Assembly: GCF_016432865.1 (NCBI RefSeq)
Contig: NC_067403.1
Coordinates: 200,074,001 to 200,138,000 of the forward strand
Direction of reading: 5' to 3'
DNA length: 64,000 nucleotides
Origin: Antechinus flavipes
Lineage: Eukaryota
A program made the translations under genes and the position numbers. Below the pieces are notes generated by a model that did no database searches, was not told where the DNA came from, and saw only the letters and a list, made by a program, of their open reading frames with translations. Shown piece by piece: positions 63,188-64,000 of this stretch. The first letter of the stretch is position 1. Each line of letters opens with the position of its first letter.

Positions 63188-63599
63188 TCGATTCTATTTT
63201 TTAAGGAGTTGTTTTCCTTAGTCAATTTTTGTGCTTCTTTTCCAAGCTGTTGATTCTTTTTTTCATAATTCTATTGCATAACTCACTTATTTTCTCATTT
63301 TTTTCTTCTACTTCTCTTATTTGATTTTTAAGAAATTCTTTTTGAGTTCTTCCAAGAAGACTTTTTAGACGTGAGATCAATTCATATTCCCTTTTGAGGT
63401 TTTCCATGTAGGCATTTTGACATTGTTGTCCTCTTCTGAGTTCAAATTTTGATCTTTCCTATTGTTATAGTAGCTTTCTATGGTCAGGGCTCTTTTTTGT
63501 ATTTTGCTCCTTTTTAAAGTTGAATTCTGCTCCCAAGCTTCTTGCACTGGGGATCAGGGCCCCGGTCACTGACTTTCTGCATTAGTCTGGCAGCTTGCC

Positions 63600-64000
63600 C
63601 TGGGCAAATACATGTAAAGATAATTTTCAACATTCAATTGTGTAAAACTTTGTTTTCCAAATTCCTCTCTCTCCACTCCCCCTACTCTCACCAAAAACAG
63701 CAAGCAATTTGATTTCAATTAAATAGGTGCAATCCTTTAAATATATTTCCATGTTTGTCATGTTGTACAAGAAAAATCAAACCAAAAGTGAAAAAGCAAA
63801 CAATCAAAGAAAAATACTATGCTTCAATCCATATTTAGTCTCCATAGTTCTCTCTCTGAATGTGCATGGCATTTCCATCCCAAGTATATTGGACTTGAAT
63901 CATTGCATTGCTTGCATCAGAGTTCACATAATCTTGTTGTTACTGTGTACAATATTCTCTTGGCTCTACTCACTTCACTTAGCATCAGTTCATGTAAATC
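63600..64000 (-). mobile_element. L1 3' UTR fragment (continues past the window)
   Basis: Similar to the L1 3' ends at 18.1-18.5 and 49.3-49.6 kb. Confidence 0.7.

Larger units (their letters stand above)
54781..63560 (-). mobile_element. Old near-full-length L1 (ORF2 left, ORF1 right), interrupted by SINEs and the HNRNPK retrocopy
   Basis: ORF2 RT remnants ([35 protein letters not shown]); ORF1 coiled-coil remnants either side of 59633-63014. Confidence 0.82.

Overview
Mammalian genomic DNA, most likely from an Australian marsupial (inferred from WSINE1/Mar1-like SINEs and marsupial-type L1). The first 34.5 kb is a compact gene cluster in the human 2p13.1 order: MRPL53 last exon (+), MOGS (+), WBP1 (-), INO80B (-), RTKN (+), WDR54 (-), C2orf81 (+). 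I resolved the spliced reading frames of these genes by hand, and all are intact. The last 29.5 kb is retroelement-rich: an ERV/LTR mosaic, a 3'-truncated L1 with target-site duplication (TSD), solo LTRs, several L1s, SINEs, an HNRNPK processed pseudogene and a 135-N gap. It also holds the first three coding exons of an intact RDH11/12/DHRS13-like short-chain dehydrogenase (SDR) gene that I do not recall at this locus in human. The best leads are: (1) a hidden RTKN cassette exon that swaps the PDZ-binding C-terminus; (2) the SDR gene and a possible LTR promoter; (3) a promoter-only 'tailless' L1; (4) a three-level nested retrotransposition with two TSD pairs; (5) a WBP1 uORF that can double as an alternative N-terminus; (6) two crossing poly(A)-signal pairs. 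All comparisons to human proteins are from memory; no database was searched.
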